The notes beneath the pieces were generated by a model that was not told the origin of the DNA, searched no databases, and worked only from the letters and a program-made list of their open reading frames with translations. The position numbers and the translations under genes were made by a program. This document shows positions 9,223 through 20,200 of a DNA stretch of 64,000 bases, piece after piece. The first letter of the stretch is position 1, and each line of letters begins with the position of its first letter. This stretch comes from Candidatus Hermodarchaeum yapensis (GTDB lineage: Archaea; Asgardarchaeota; Hermodarchaeia; Hermodarchaeales; Hermodarchaeaceae): assembly GCA_016840405.1 (NCBI GenBank), contig JAEOSK010000012.1, positions 1-64,000 on the forward strand. Direction: 5' to 3'.

Positions 9223-10800
9223 ATGATTTGGTCACTTGTCTCCAAATTATTGCACCGAGTATCGGTAAAGCCTTTCATTCGAAGCCTCGAAGACCCCGTG
9301 GCAGCTCAAGAAAAGGCTCTCAATGTATTACTCAATTATTCCGCAGGTACAACTTACGGAAAACGACACGGGTTTGGTGATATTCGGGGTTATCAAGACT
9401 TTGTCGAAAAGATTCCAGTAAACCAGTACAAAGATTTCGAGCCTTACATTCAGCAAGAGCTCAAGGGTATTCCTAATGTGTTTTATCCCGAACCAGTTGA
9501 AGTGGTTATGGCAACCAGCGGAACTACTGGTGAACCAAAGCTAATTCCCTATACGCGGTTCTGCAATAAATCACTTAACAGTATGCGAATCCGAGTCTTT
9601 GCTGCGGCAGATCAAATTCGGCCTTTTCTCCAAGGCAAAATATTCACAATGGCGGCTCCTGCAGTCTACAAGCAATTCGGAAAATGGACTGTGGGGTATG
9701 TCACCGGGCATGCCGCAAAAACCGGTAATTTTCTCTTGCGTCGCAAAATTGTCCCTAAACCTGATGTGTTTGATATCGAAGACTGGGACCTGAAATTCCG
9801 CGAAGCTATTCGTCAAGGTGTTGAAAATCGAAAAATCACCGCTTGTGGAGGCGTCACCTCGTTCGTACTAGCATTACTACGTAGAACAAAATACCAATCT
9901 TATAATTGGCTCAAAAATGATCCCGCGATTTCACACAAGACTCAGAAAATCCTCAATGAAGCCCTCATCGATGAAAATGAGCTAGACCTCAAGACGATCT
10001 GGCCCGATTTATCGGTAATTTTCAACACAGGCGTGGTTCGTGATTTGTATGCACCATCAATTCGAGATTTTGTAGGCGATGTACATATTCACGATGCATA
10101 TGGTGGAACCGAGGGAATGTATGGGTTCCAGGTGTATGAGGAGATGAAGGGGGTTGCGCCCTTTGTGGATGAAGTGTTCTTCGAATTTGCAGAAGACTAT
10201 CCTGGTTCCCTCCCGCCTGATGCTGAGACACTTCCTCTAAGTGACGTGAAGCCGAAGACGCCCTACCGCCTTGTCGTTAGTTCTCCATCCGGTCTCTGGC
10301 GATATGATGTTCACGATCTAGTGATTTTTGACTCAGTCGATCCCCTCGACATGCGGTGTATCGGCAAAAGTGAGAACATCATTAATCTCAGTGGTGAGAA
10401 AGTGTCTGAATGGGACATTGGAACTGCATTGACGACAGCTTGTGAAGAACAAGGAATCCAGTTACGCGACTTTGTTGTTGCTCCTGAAGTCAAGGCATCG
10501 GGTGCAACGTATCATATCTTCGCCGAATTAACTGAAACACCTGAGAACATGACACGGTTTACTCGAGTGGTTGATGAAACCCTCCGGGAAGTGAACAATT
10601 GTTACCTCGTGATTAGGAATGCTGGAACTCTCAATCCAGTAATCGTACACGCCCTCCCGCAGGGTAGTTTCGACACCTATCAACATCATCGGCTTCAATC
10701 GGGACGATGCACTGTTGGTCAAACGAAGATGCCCCGGATAACTACCTTCGAACATGTTACCCAATACCTCATGAATGGAATTCCTGTTGAAGCTCCATAA
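9223..10800 (+). CDS. GH3 auxin-responsive promoter family protein (acyl-acid amido synthetase, ANL superfamily)
   Basis: TSGTTGEPKLIP, YGGTEG, FFEF, GLWRYDVHD, GEKV, GQTKMPR motifs. Confidence 0.9.
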   Translation: MIWSLVSKLLHRVSVKPFIRSLEDPVAAQEKALNVLLNYSAGTTYGKRHGFGDIRGYQDFVEKIPVNQYKDFEPYIQQELKGIPNVFYPEPVEVVMATSGTTGEPKLIPYTRFCNKSLNSMRIRVFAAADQIRPFLQGKIFTMAAPAVYKQFGKWTVGYVTGHAAKTGNFLLRRKIVPKPDVFDIEDWDLKFREAIRQGVENRKITACGGVTSFVLALLRRTKYQSYNWLKNDPAISHKTQKILNEALIDENELDLKTIWPDLSVIFNTGVVRDLYAPSIRDFVGDVHIHDAYGGTEGMYGFQVYEEMKGVAPFVDEVFFEFAEDYPGSLPPDAETLPLSDVKPKTPYRLVVSSPSGLWRYDVHDLVIFDSVDPLDMRCIGKSENIINLSGEKVSEWDIGTALTTACEEQGIQLRDFVVAPEVKASGATYHIFAELTETPENMTRFTRVVDETLREVNNCYLVIRNAGTLNPVIVHALPQGSFDTYQHHRLQSGRCTVGQTKMPRITTFEHVTQYLMNGIPVEAP

Positions 10801-10864
10801 AATTCGCAAGAATGGATTAGTCTCGATTTTCCCCTCAGATCTCAAATAGGGGATTCTTTATCTG

Positions 10865-11566
10865 CTAATCCATGGGCAGTGGGTGAGAGCTGATCTGGGC
10901 TTGTTTTGCCCATCCTGGTTTCACCATAAATCCTACTACAACCACTGCGAAACCTATGAGGTCGAGAACTTCGGCAAACCAGAGCCAGGAATAAAGACCC
11001 AGAATACCACCGATAGCTTTGAACAGTTGACCACTCAGAAGAAAGATGATACCCAAAACGACCAAGCCACTATGAATGTCGGGGAGCCGTTTGAGGAACC
11101 ATGCCCAGGAAAATGTGATGATGAACGGAATAATCACGACGAGGAGAAACAAAACGCCCACAAGTCGCGTGAGGTCGATAGTTGGTAGGCTAGCAAGGAC
11201 TGAGAGACAAAAGATTGCAAAAATTGTCATGAATATCTTTCCAGCTCGCATTTGGTCGGATAACCAGATTAGAACCGTCATGTAGAGCATAGGCAACATA
11301 GCGGTGATCACCAGGCCAACTCGAACCTTATACAACTGGAGTGTGTAGACACCTAGTCCCGAATTGACAAACACATCCGTCAGTTCACCAATGGCGATGA
11401 TAATGACGGATATCGACATGAGAAAGGGAAAGTCCGTGTAGAATCGCCGTGTTGATCGGAACCATTGAGAAAATAGAATACTCCCTATACCGATCAAAAC
11501 AAAGAATTTTATCAGTTCTACTATCCATGTTGGGTCTGAAGAGGGAAATTGCATGCCTATGTTCAC
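10865..11566 (-). CDS. Stand-alone seven-TM membrane protein
   Basis: Seven hydrophobic segments and no soluble domain. Confidence 0.75.
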   Translation of the reverse strand: MNIGMQFPSSDPTWIVELIKFFVLIGIGSILFSQWFRSTRRFYTDFPFLMSISVIIIAIGELTDVFVNSGLGVYTLQLYKVRVGLVITAMLPMLYMTVLIWLSDQMRAGKIFMTIFAIFCLSVLASLPTIDLTRLVGVLFLLVVIIPFIITFSWAWFLKRLPDIHSGLVVLGIIFLLSGQLFKAIGGILGLYSWLWFAEVLDLIGFAVVVVGFMVKPGWAKQAQISSHPLPMD

Positions 11567-11665
11567 CTTAGGGACGTGAGGGTACCTGTCATTCGTGTTG
11601 GTGTTTAGGCTTTTAAACTACTATTTGCTAATTTTTCGCAAATAACGAGACCAAACGTTTTGGAC

Positions 11666-12613
11666 CTAAATGTCAGTCTGGAAGATTCCTACGTTTTCCA
11701 ACAACTCGCAGACAAATTGATTCGTATCTGAGGGGTTTCGCAATTGAGCTGGTTGTAGGGAAGTAAAACACTTGCGAGCAAAATCAAACTTTGATACTAA
11801 GGTTGACTGGGACTTACTTTTCCCACCACGATGGTCAAGATCTTGTAATCGTGATCGCGCTTGGTGAACAAGATTACGCAGACCTGCGACTGTGAGATAA
11901 TTTGATTTGTCTAATGTCATTACGGCTCGCGCTGCATCAATTAGTAGGAAGGAGAGGAGCCAAGGTGAATGAGCAGCATCCGGATACGCTGGAAGAGGAA
12001 GTTCATACAGCATAGTCGTGTGCTGGTAGGTGACGCCTGACGCAAATCCTCGCTTCATTAGCAAGTGATCAGCAATGTACGCACGTAACCGAAGGATTGC
12101 CTCTAGCGTGATTGAATAAATAGTGGGATCACTATCATCGACTTGGTGGGGAACTTTTGGGTTCAAGATGTATGCTGATGATAATCGGATAGGACGGTTC
12201 TCTAAATATTTGGGCCACAACATTTCGGGAGTCGTTCCCGGAAGATAATAGGGGTAGTCTTCAACAGTATGCGAATAGTGTTGAGCAAAGCCTAAGGGAA
12301 TGGAATATTCTTTGTCATGACGACAGGGCAGCTCGAAAGGATCAGCGACAAGCACGCAGGTGTCGCGGTTGGACCACAGTGGCATCCATGCCATATGGGG
12401 CCAGAGTGGGTCTTGATCCTCATCGAGTGGAAGAGCAATAATCCGAAGCCGAGTATCACTGCTGAAGGCTTTTTGGATGTTTTTAATTGCGGGACGATAT
12501 TGCAGAGTTACTTCCCGATAACCTGTCGTCATCAAAAGTTGATTTAAGGCATCATCGCGAAGACCATAGCCCTCGCTGAGCCCATCTAGTGGAAGAAGTG
12601 TAGAAGGTTCCAT
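11666..12613 (-). CDS. Hypothetical protein
   Basis: 315-aa ORF filling the gap between genes; no recognised motif. Confidence 0.7.
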   Translation of the reverse strand: MEPSTLLPLDGLSEGYGLRDDALNQLLMTTGYREVTLQYRPAIKNIQKAFSSDTRLRIIALPLDEDQDPLWPHMAWMPLWSNRDTCVLVADPFELPCRHDKEYSIPLGFAQHYSHTVEDYPYYLPGTTPEMLWPKYLENRPIRLSSAYILNPKVPHQVDDSDPTIYSITLEAILRLRAYIADHLLMKRGFASGVTYQHTTMLYELPLPAYPDAAHSPWLLSFLLIDAARAVMTLDKSNYLTVAGLRNLVHQARSRLQDLDHRGGKSKSQSTLVSKFDFARKCFTSLQPAQLRNPSDTNQFVCELLENVGIFQTDI

Positions 12614-12696
12614 GGTGAATCAATGACGTGCCGATTTTGATTTTTTTAAATAGCTTATGGAGGCAGGTCGAAAAGTGAATTCTTGAAGAATCCATC

Positions 12697-13956
12697 TCAA
12701 GTCCATTCTCGAAAAATGAGTAGGGTTTCCATATCAACTACGCCCGGGGTCTCTTCGATAAGCTTGAGAGTTTTGACTCTGGCACTACTAAGACTGCGAA
12801 TATCGATTCGGATTAGATAATCCCATTTTCCTGAAATCGCCGAGACTCGGCGTACACCATGTATTCGTCGCAAATCCGCCATGATATCGCCCGTACCATA
12901 TCGAAGTTTGACAAGAACATATCCGGGTATTTCACTCATGGACAGGGCGACGATACCCGCTATGACGAAAATCGTGCCTGTTAATTTGAGAAGCCAGGAC
13001 AAAAAGTCGCTTGCAGGTGGATTGAATACACCCGGAAACAGAAATGCTCCCATAAGGGTTAAGGGGATTCCCAGAATGATTGCAATGGACCCAACACTTT
13101 GGACAACGGACATTTTTCCGCGGCCCAAGGCTTGAAGATATGTTATCAAGGATAAAAACGTCAATCCGATTGGGAACAATAACCAGGGGGCAACAATTGG
13201 CAATTGGACGATGAGAAGGACTACGACATCGGGAGTTATGAGCGGCAGCATCAGCAAGGTCATGAACAAGTTCAGGAAGAGAAGTAGCCACAAACGAAGG
13301 TTAAGCGAGTCAACGGTTGTCCCAAGCCGGATTTCTGTGCGTTTAGCTCGACTTTGGAAAAAGACGCTTACAGCAATCGTGCCAGCCCAAATGATAATCA
13401 CAAAGAGTAACAGATATGGATCAAAAATTCCAGGTGTAATCCCGACGAGAACTACTCCAAAGGTAATGGCGAGTATGGAAAGCGCCTCAATAGGGCTAGG
13501 CCAGTCGCGGATAAGAATTAGATCTCCTATCATGAGATAGATCAGTGAAAAACGAGAAAAAGGAATGATGGCTGAGACATCACCACTTATCCCAGCGACG
13601 TAGTAGTATGCAAAGGTGGCCACTCCAGCAAAAACACCTGCAAGGATGATATCTAAGAGGATTTTCTTTGATGGCAGTGCGATGTGGGAAAATGATCGAT
13701 CCAGCTGTGTTCCCAGACTGCGTCTCCTTGCCCGATTGGTCGGTATACTCAGGACAATTAACAAAATTACAGTAAACAGGAGTGCCAACCATTGTTCAGC
13801 TAGCGCGAAGGCTATTGGGTTAGGAAGGAAAATCCGATAAGTGAAGATGTCAGAAAATACGGCAAAAGCGTACAATACGCCTGAGGTTAACGCAAGAAAG
13901 TAAAACACGGTTTTTGCGCGTTGAGACCCCATTCGCCGTTCCATGGCTGCTCGCAA
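12697..13956 (-). CDS. EamA/DMT-type membrane transporter fused to a C-terminal Lrp/AsnC ligand-binding (RAM) domain
   Basis: About 10 TM segments in two repeats; C-terminal GYVLVKL...VSAISGKWDYLIRI...PGVVDMETL RAM signature. Confidence 0.75.
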   Translation of the reverse strand: MRAAMERRMGSQRAKTVFYFLALTSGVLYAFAVFSDIFTYRIFLPNPIAFALAEQWLALLFTVILLIVLSIPTNRARRRSLGTQLDRSFSHIALPSKKILLDIILAGVFAGVATFAYYYVAGISGDVSAIIPFSRFSLIYLMIGDLILIRDWPSPIEALSILAITFGVVLVGITPGIFDPYLLLFVIIIWAGTIAVSVFFQSRAKRTEIRLGTTVDSLNLRLWLLLFLNLFMTLLMLPLITPDVVVLLIVQLPIVAPWLLFPIGLTFLSLITYLQALGRGKMSVVQSVGSIAIILGIPLTLMGAFLFPGVFNPPASDFLSWLLKLTGTIFVIAGIVALSMSEIPGYVLVKLRYGTGDIMADLRRIHGVRRVSAISGKWDYLIRIDIRSLSSARVKTLKLIEETPGVVDMETLLIFREWT

Positions 13957-13991
13957 TGATTTCCCCTCCGTCTCAGCACCTGTTATCCTGC

Positions 13992-14231
13992 TTAGAATTC
14001 CTTTTCCACAACGGCAGTTGTAACGCTTTCCATCCCTTTGATTTTTCCAATGTGATTAACCGTTAGGTCATAAAGTGCTTCAAGATCTGGTAAATCAAAT
14101 CGCACGATGATATCAAACTCGCCCGTTGTCACCGTGATACTCGTTGCGGTTTCGAGTCCACGAAGAGCCTCCACGACATCTTGGATATAACCCATGAATA
14201 CTTTGCACATGAAATACGCAGATACTGCCAT
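13992..14231 (-). CDS. Stand-alone Lrp/AsnC ligand-binding (RAM) domain protein
   Basis: AYFMCKV...VTTGEFDIIVRF...IKGMESVTTAVV; no HTH. Confidence 0.88.
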   Translation of the reverse strand: MAVSAYFMCKVFMGYIQDVVEALRGLETATSITVTTGEFDIIVRFDLPDLEALYDLTVNHIGKIKGMESVTTAVVEKEF

Positions 14232-14355
14232 TGCAAACAGCCCTTGTCAAGAAAATCTTGCCTTCCCTTTTCACTCAGCAATTAAAGGTTTTTTCATCAA
14301 AAGCCTTCTCCTGCCTGACAAAAAGTATTTTCTGAGTAAGGGTTCTAGTAACATG

Positions 14356-14664
14356 CTAGACTTTGGCAAGGTGTCCTGTTTTTAATTCCATCTTTATACA
14401 CGTTCTAATGAAATCGTCAAGGGCGTGTCGTTCACTACCAACACAATGGCGTGCACTGAGTTGAGCCGAATGAATCGCTATTAACAAAGATTCTCGGAGC
14501 GCCATTTCAACCGGCATCCCCACGGAAAGGAATTGGGGGATTTGTTCAAGCATCCCCTTAGCAATGGCTATCGCCGGTCCCCTGGCATGCATCGCAACCT
14601 CTCTCATAGTTGATCTGATTAACCAATGTGGTTCGCTCAATCCAAGACCACTTCTACTCGTCAC
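14356..14664 (-). CDS. Small hypothetical protein
   Basis: Helical-looking ORF co-oriented with the RAM genes; start uncertain. Confidence 0.45.
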   Translation of the reverse strand: MTSRSGLGLSEPHWLIRSTMREVAMHARGPAIAIAKGMLEQIPQFLSVGMPVEMALRESLLIAIHSAQLSARHCVGSERHALDDFIRTCIKMELKTGHLAKV

Positions 14665-15384
14665 TAGAGAAATTGCTACTTAAACCACACAAGATTTCTC
14701 TTCTTATACTTCAAAACCTGTAATCAAACTCAGAGTTTCAGATTTTCTCACACGTTTTTGAAATTCGTATAGTAAAATTCTCAGAAAGATTTCTGCCGAA
14801 ACCCACTCAACACAGATTTCATACTGACCCAAATAGTTCAGAACCTTTTACACAGATCTTTCCCCCTTGGTGGTGATATGCTAGTTTTTTCAGAAAAACA
14901 AACTCTTTACTGAAATTTCTAGCCTTAAGTGAATTATGAGAATTCACCTCCTTCGAATACAAGTGGTTGTTGAAATATCCGGTGAGTTCGATAAGCGGTT
15001 AAAAGGCGGTTCCTGGCTCGATATGCAAGTTGGTGACTGAATCCTTTTAGCACAAGGAGTCGTTGCACCTTCTCAACATTGGGTGGAAGAGCACCATTGG
15101 GCAAATACTGACTTCGAGGAAACGAAGAGTCCTATAGAAAATGCCATGGAGTGGAGCTAGAGGTTCTCCCCACCGGTCTACAAATGCTCGTCCATAGGGT
15201 CGTATCTTCTTCAAGGCTGCAACGATAACATAACTCCCGCCAATAACAACTCGTTGCCTACTCAGCAAATCTAGGTCATGTATTTTGTCTTCAACAAGTT
15301 GACCGAATTTGACACCTATTATAATCCTGTCTTGCCACGAATAGAAATCCTTAAAAATTATTCAAATGCCGCCCGCAGTCGCCA

Positions 15385-16341
15385 ATGTTCAACGGCGAAG
15401 TGACAACTGTGAATGAGGAACAAGCAAGCGATATTCAGGAAGCCTTTCGACGTCATGAGTTCGTATCCTTGCCAACAGGAGTAGATGGCACCCACCGAGC
15501 TTATCGCATCTATGGCATTCAGGGTGTTGTTTATTGTGATTTTCTCCTTTATCGAATAAGTAATGGGAGGGGTGGGGCGCTCCGAAACGAGGCCACCCTT
15601 CTCCTTCAAAATCTTTCTCAATTCCACGCACAGCTCCAAAGTCGCCCTCTTCCCCTTACTCCACCAATATATTGTCATGCCATCACATTTCTTGGTAAAA
15701 AGGCATACGTGCTAGCTAATGAATCAGGTCAACTCGTGTCCGCACGGTTACTACCACTCTTAATCATTGATTCAGAATCCCTCATGAATTTACAAATAGA
15801 TTTAGCCTCAACCTCTCCCACTCACCTCGTCAAAAAGTCAAATCTGAGCCAATATCTTGCGAATAATTTCGACAAAACGAATCAAAGGGTCTTCCAAGTC
15901 AACAATCCCTTTCATCAACTCCGAAAATCCTATCATATGTTTGGGCTAGCTCTGTTACTTCTTCCCCTCTTTCTTGGACTCTCAGGAATATTTTGGGGGC
16001 TCAATCAGAGTCCACTTGCTATCCTGTTCGTTCTCGTAGGCATTTTAGGACCGGTCTTCCTCACACGCAAAGCCTCTAAAGCATTTCATCAATTCCGCCT
16101 CCAACACAACATATCGATTCCACTTAGACTCCCTGAACCTGGTCACATTGAACCCGTCATCGAATCTCAATCCCAAAATGAAGCCGAGTTTAAGTCACTT
16201 GATGAAGTGCTATTTCCACAGACCCCCTGGACTCCCTACACAACGGCTGTATTTTATCAAAACTCAATTGGTCTTACAGAGAAACAGATTCTCGATATGC
16301 TATCTGGCACAGACAACACAGATAATGGTGAAAGAGAGTGA
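15385..16341 (+). CDS. Hypothetical membrane protein (2 TM)
   Basis: 318 aa with a TM hairpin; GTGA overlap with the next gene. Confidence 0.65.
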   Translation: MFNGEVTTVNEEQASDIQEAFRRHEFVSLPTGVDGTHRAYRIYGIQGVVYCDFLLYRISNGRGGALRNEATLLLQNLSQFHAQLQSRPLPLTPPIYCHAITFLGKKAYVLANESGQLVSARLLPLLIIDSESLMNLQIDLASTSPTHLVKKSNLSQYLANNFDKTNQRVFQVNNPFHQLRKSYHMFGLALLLLPLFLGLSGIFWGLNQSPLAILFVLVGILGPVFLTRKASKAFHQFRLQHNISIPLRLPEPGHIEPVIESQSQNEAEFKSLDEVLFPQTPWTPYTTAVFYQNSIGLTEKQILDMLSGTDNTDNGERE

Positions 16342-17162
16342 AACAGAAAAGCTCACTGCAACACAATCGGAGTTTTTTGAAGGTCATATCAGGACTCGTT
16401 ATCATACTTGGTCTCCTCTTCTTGGCATCAGGCAATCATTCTTTGAGTCAAGGTCTTTTCAATCAACAAGTCGATACGCAAGCCAGGACTTATCAATTGC
16501 AGGTTCACTCTTCCTATGATAACATCACCAGATCCTTTTATGGAACACAGCAACTCACATTAAAAATTTCAAACAGCTCCTCCATTCAGGGTCACTTATT
16601 ATGGAATCTTACCTGGGACAACGGGAAAACTTGGTATGCTGAAAACGCCTCCTATATCTATTTCATAAATCGAACCTACCAATATGCTGGGCTCACCTGC
16701 TATACTGCATGGTGGATACACCCCGCTGTCCAAATCGGAGACCAAATACAAATTGATGGAGATGTACCTGCAACAAACAACTTTCTTCGCTTAGCGCCCT
16801 TCATCGTTACCGACCTCCTCTCACTCGAAGTCAATCAACAACATTACTTATGCTGGCAACTTACCTACAATTCTCCAAATTATCAACACGAAACTTATTA
16901 TTATGAATACCATACTGGCATTCTTCTCAGTGCAACTTCAGTGCAATTCGAAGCACATCAGCCTGTTCATGAAGTTTGGCTCGAACTCCAAACGGCTGAT
17001 CAACTCCCTCCTCCCATTTCTCCTCTTCTTCATTTCTGGACGAATTACAATTCCACCCTAATTGCTTTTATTGGTGCGACCACAGTTACCCTTCTTGGCT
17101 ATTACCTTCTTCAACGAATCCGCCCTCCTCAAGATCCCTTTCCGTTGAATTCTGGTCAGTGA
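16338..17162 (+). CDS. Secreted, membrane-anchored hypothetical protein
   Basis: N-terminal signal/TM, beta-rich body with NxS/T sequons, YYYEYHTGILL motif, C-terminal TM. Confidence 0.75.
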   Translation: MKQKSSLQHNRSFLKVISGLVIILGLLFLASGNHSLSQGLFNQQVDTQARTYQLQVHSSYDNITRSFYGTQQLTLKISNSSSIQGHLLWNLTWDNGKTWYAENASYIYFINRTYQYAGLTCYTAWWIHPAVQIGDQIQIDGDVPATNNFLRLAPFIVTDLLSLEVNQQHYLCWQLTYNSPNYQHETYYYEYHTGILLSATSVQFEAHQPVHEVWLELQTADQLPPPISPLLHFWTNYNSTLIAFIGATTVTLLGYYLLQRIRPPQDPFPLNSGQ

Positions 17163-17226
17163 ACACAAGGCTTAAAAACAAACTAAATTCCCCCGCCCAA
17201 CGTCCATTCATGGAGGATTACAATTC

Positions 17227-20200
17227 GTGCGGTTACACCGAAAAACGGGCTATAAACTGTTGACGGCTGGGCTCTTCTTCCTACTAGCAATCGGCCTACC
17301 ATTCCTAAATTCTTTACCAACCTTCTTAGTGCAACAGTCATCACTTTCAAAAGAAAAATCGGGGCTAGGAACATTAACATCTAGTTCACCTTATGATGCT
17401 CAAACCCCAGTTCTCCCACCTGATGTAGTTTCTTTACCCTTTTCATTTGGGAAATTACTCGTAGTACATGGGGATTATGTCAACGAATCCAGCCAAGAAT
17501 CCGTTGAAGCTTGGACCAGTCTACTTGAAGGAATGAACTTCAATACAACTGCCATTCATATCACTGATCTAACCATCACCTCTGATTATGATTTGATTGT
17601 AGTGACACCAAGTGTTGGAACAAGCACAGCTAGTTTTGGCATATCAGTTTCCAAAGCACACATTATCACCGCTAGCCAAACTCCTGTTCTTCTTCTTGGT
17701 TATGGGCACGAAGTGTTAGATCAAGTATGGGAGATTAACCTAAACACCGATATTATTCCCTGTATTGAAAGCTATCTGTGGAGTCCTAATGACGCATTTC
17801 AATTCTTTTCGGAACCCCATGTAATCCCAGAAGCTAGTGGTCGGTTTAATATTTACACTGATCACATCGTCTATGATGCTTATCGATTAACCTCGCTTCC
17901 TGAAAAAACCGAAATACTTGGTACAAATGCACTTGGATCCGGAGCACAAATTCTTTGGTTTCGATCCTTACCAATTAATTCTCATCTCTATTATTGGGGA
18001 ATTGATCAAACCGTACATCTCAGTTCACATGGGATTGACTTCTGTGAAAACCTAATCCATTGGTTATTACGCCCACAATACCAAAACCGACTTGGTAATA
18101 CACTTGCAGCCTTTCAATTGATTGCTCCTTCTTTTGATGATTACTGGGCTGTCCAAGGAGCAGGTGGTTTCGGTTATCCCCTTGAACCATCACTGCGTTT
18201 TACTTACTATGTAACAGATATCGTACAAACCTTTGGACTGTCGGTTAATATCTCTACATTCGGATCCTGGCTCATGAGTACGTACAATCCTCTCCAAGGG
18301 GTCTTCGAAGACCTTGCTAGTCCACAACTTCAGGACCGTTGTATCACAACCAGTATGAGTTCTTTGACTTCTGATGCTCTTGGGATACTTAATCAATTTG
18401 ATGCCTCTCAAATTAGTGACTATATAGCAAGCTGTCAGGACCCTATCACTGGAGGATTTTTTATTGAACACGGGGTCTCACAAACTAGCCTCGAGGCAAC
18501 ACGATATTCTGTTGAAGCTTTGCTAATTCTAGGGCAACTATACAAAATTAATGTGGACAATGCGGTCTCTTATGTAAGTACTTGTCAGGAAGCCAATCTC
18601 TCGAGTTCTGATTATGGTGGGTTCTTTTCCTCACCCACAGGTGGAATTACTGCTAGCTTAAAAGATGCCGTCGATGCACTGACAATTCTGAACCATTTTG
18701 CAGCCGTCGACACAATCAATCAAACCGCACTTCTCAATTTCATAATGGCTTGTAAAGAGCCTGGAAAAACGAGTGTGTTTGATACCAAACCAACTTTGGA
18801 CTCCGACGAATGGATATTAGGCACATCTTGTACTCTTCAACTGCTAACTTTCATGGACGCTCTCGAACTCATTGATGTCGAAGCTAGTAGAACGTTTATC
18901 CTGGGCAACCAGTATCCAAATGGTGGATGGGGGCGTGGAGATACACTCCACGATTTCCATAACTCGCCTGATGAAACCTGGTATGCTGTTCAAGCTCTAT
19001 CACTTACCGGTGGATTAGCGTCAGCTAAAGAACCTCTCACCGCGTATCTTGCCCAGTGTTGCACTGGATGGGGTGGAGCTACCGAACCCCTCTTTTTCGG
19101 TGATTTCCTAACTAGCGCCCAACTTCTCTCAGCACTTTACCAAGTCGATGCCATCAATAAGATAAACCAAACTGCCTTTCTTGACTACCTCAATAACTGC
19201 TGGTCTTCTGCTCGTGTCTCTTTCACCGCTCATCAATTACCTCCTGGTGTGGGAATTAACTCGGATACACCTACTCCTGACCGAATTGCCCTCGAATCAG
19301 GAACTTTTGGTCCTCTTTACCACTATTGGTATGCCCAACTAGTCTCGATATTGAATCTCACAGATAATCAATGGATACAACGAAGTGATTTAATCCTACA
19401 GGAAATAGAAGCGAGTCAAACCTTTGCTTCTGGTTTTTCAGGCATGTTCGGACTTCATCATTTGTATGTGGGTCGTGAAGATAATTTCACCTTCCGGTTT
19501 GATAGTACTTGTTGGAGTCTCCTGGCCCATGCAGCCTTGGGAGGTCATTCCACGGATTTGATGAACAATACTGCTGCCTTTTCTTATTTACAGAGTTGTC
19601 TCCAAGACAATGGAACCCACCAATATTTTCATGACTCCTCCCACCCAATCCCATTTCCAAATCCTTGGCGTTTCGCTGAAGGTAACTTAGTTGATACTTG
19701 GTACGGACTGCAAGCCTGGAGTTATCTCGATCCTGGCCTAACCGGATTAAATGGACATAACCTCGCAACATATGCTTCTGACTTCCTCCAAAACAACCCT
19801 ACTCTTGTAACCACATATTATGCCATTGAAATTCTCTACTTTCTAACCGAGAGTGGGTTATATCCTGAGGCTCTAACACTTCTAAACCGAGAAGAGCAAA
19901 TTACTCGCCTACTTACATCTTTTTCATATCACGGGCTAGTCAAAGAACCTTCCATTCCCAATGGTAAATGGACAATTTACCTTCTCGATTTGGCACTTCA
20001 GACCATTAATCGACTGAACCTGCTTCCTATGCTCGATGTTAATCCTGTATTACATTTAACTCAAATTAACTATCTAAACGGAACCTTTTCAATAGGGGAT
20101 CTTGCTGAATTCTCTGCTTCTGTCAGCGAGTCTCGCTGGAATCAACTTCCCGCAAATGTTACCATCTGTATCCAAATCTTCGACACACATTTTAATAACT

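Noticed and set aside
15023-15160. ATG-CAA-GTT-GGT-GAC-TGA followed by an open frame, as a possible selenoprotein
   Set aside because: No redox-motif context around the TGA, no recognisable family and no convincing SECIS
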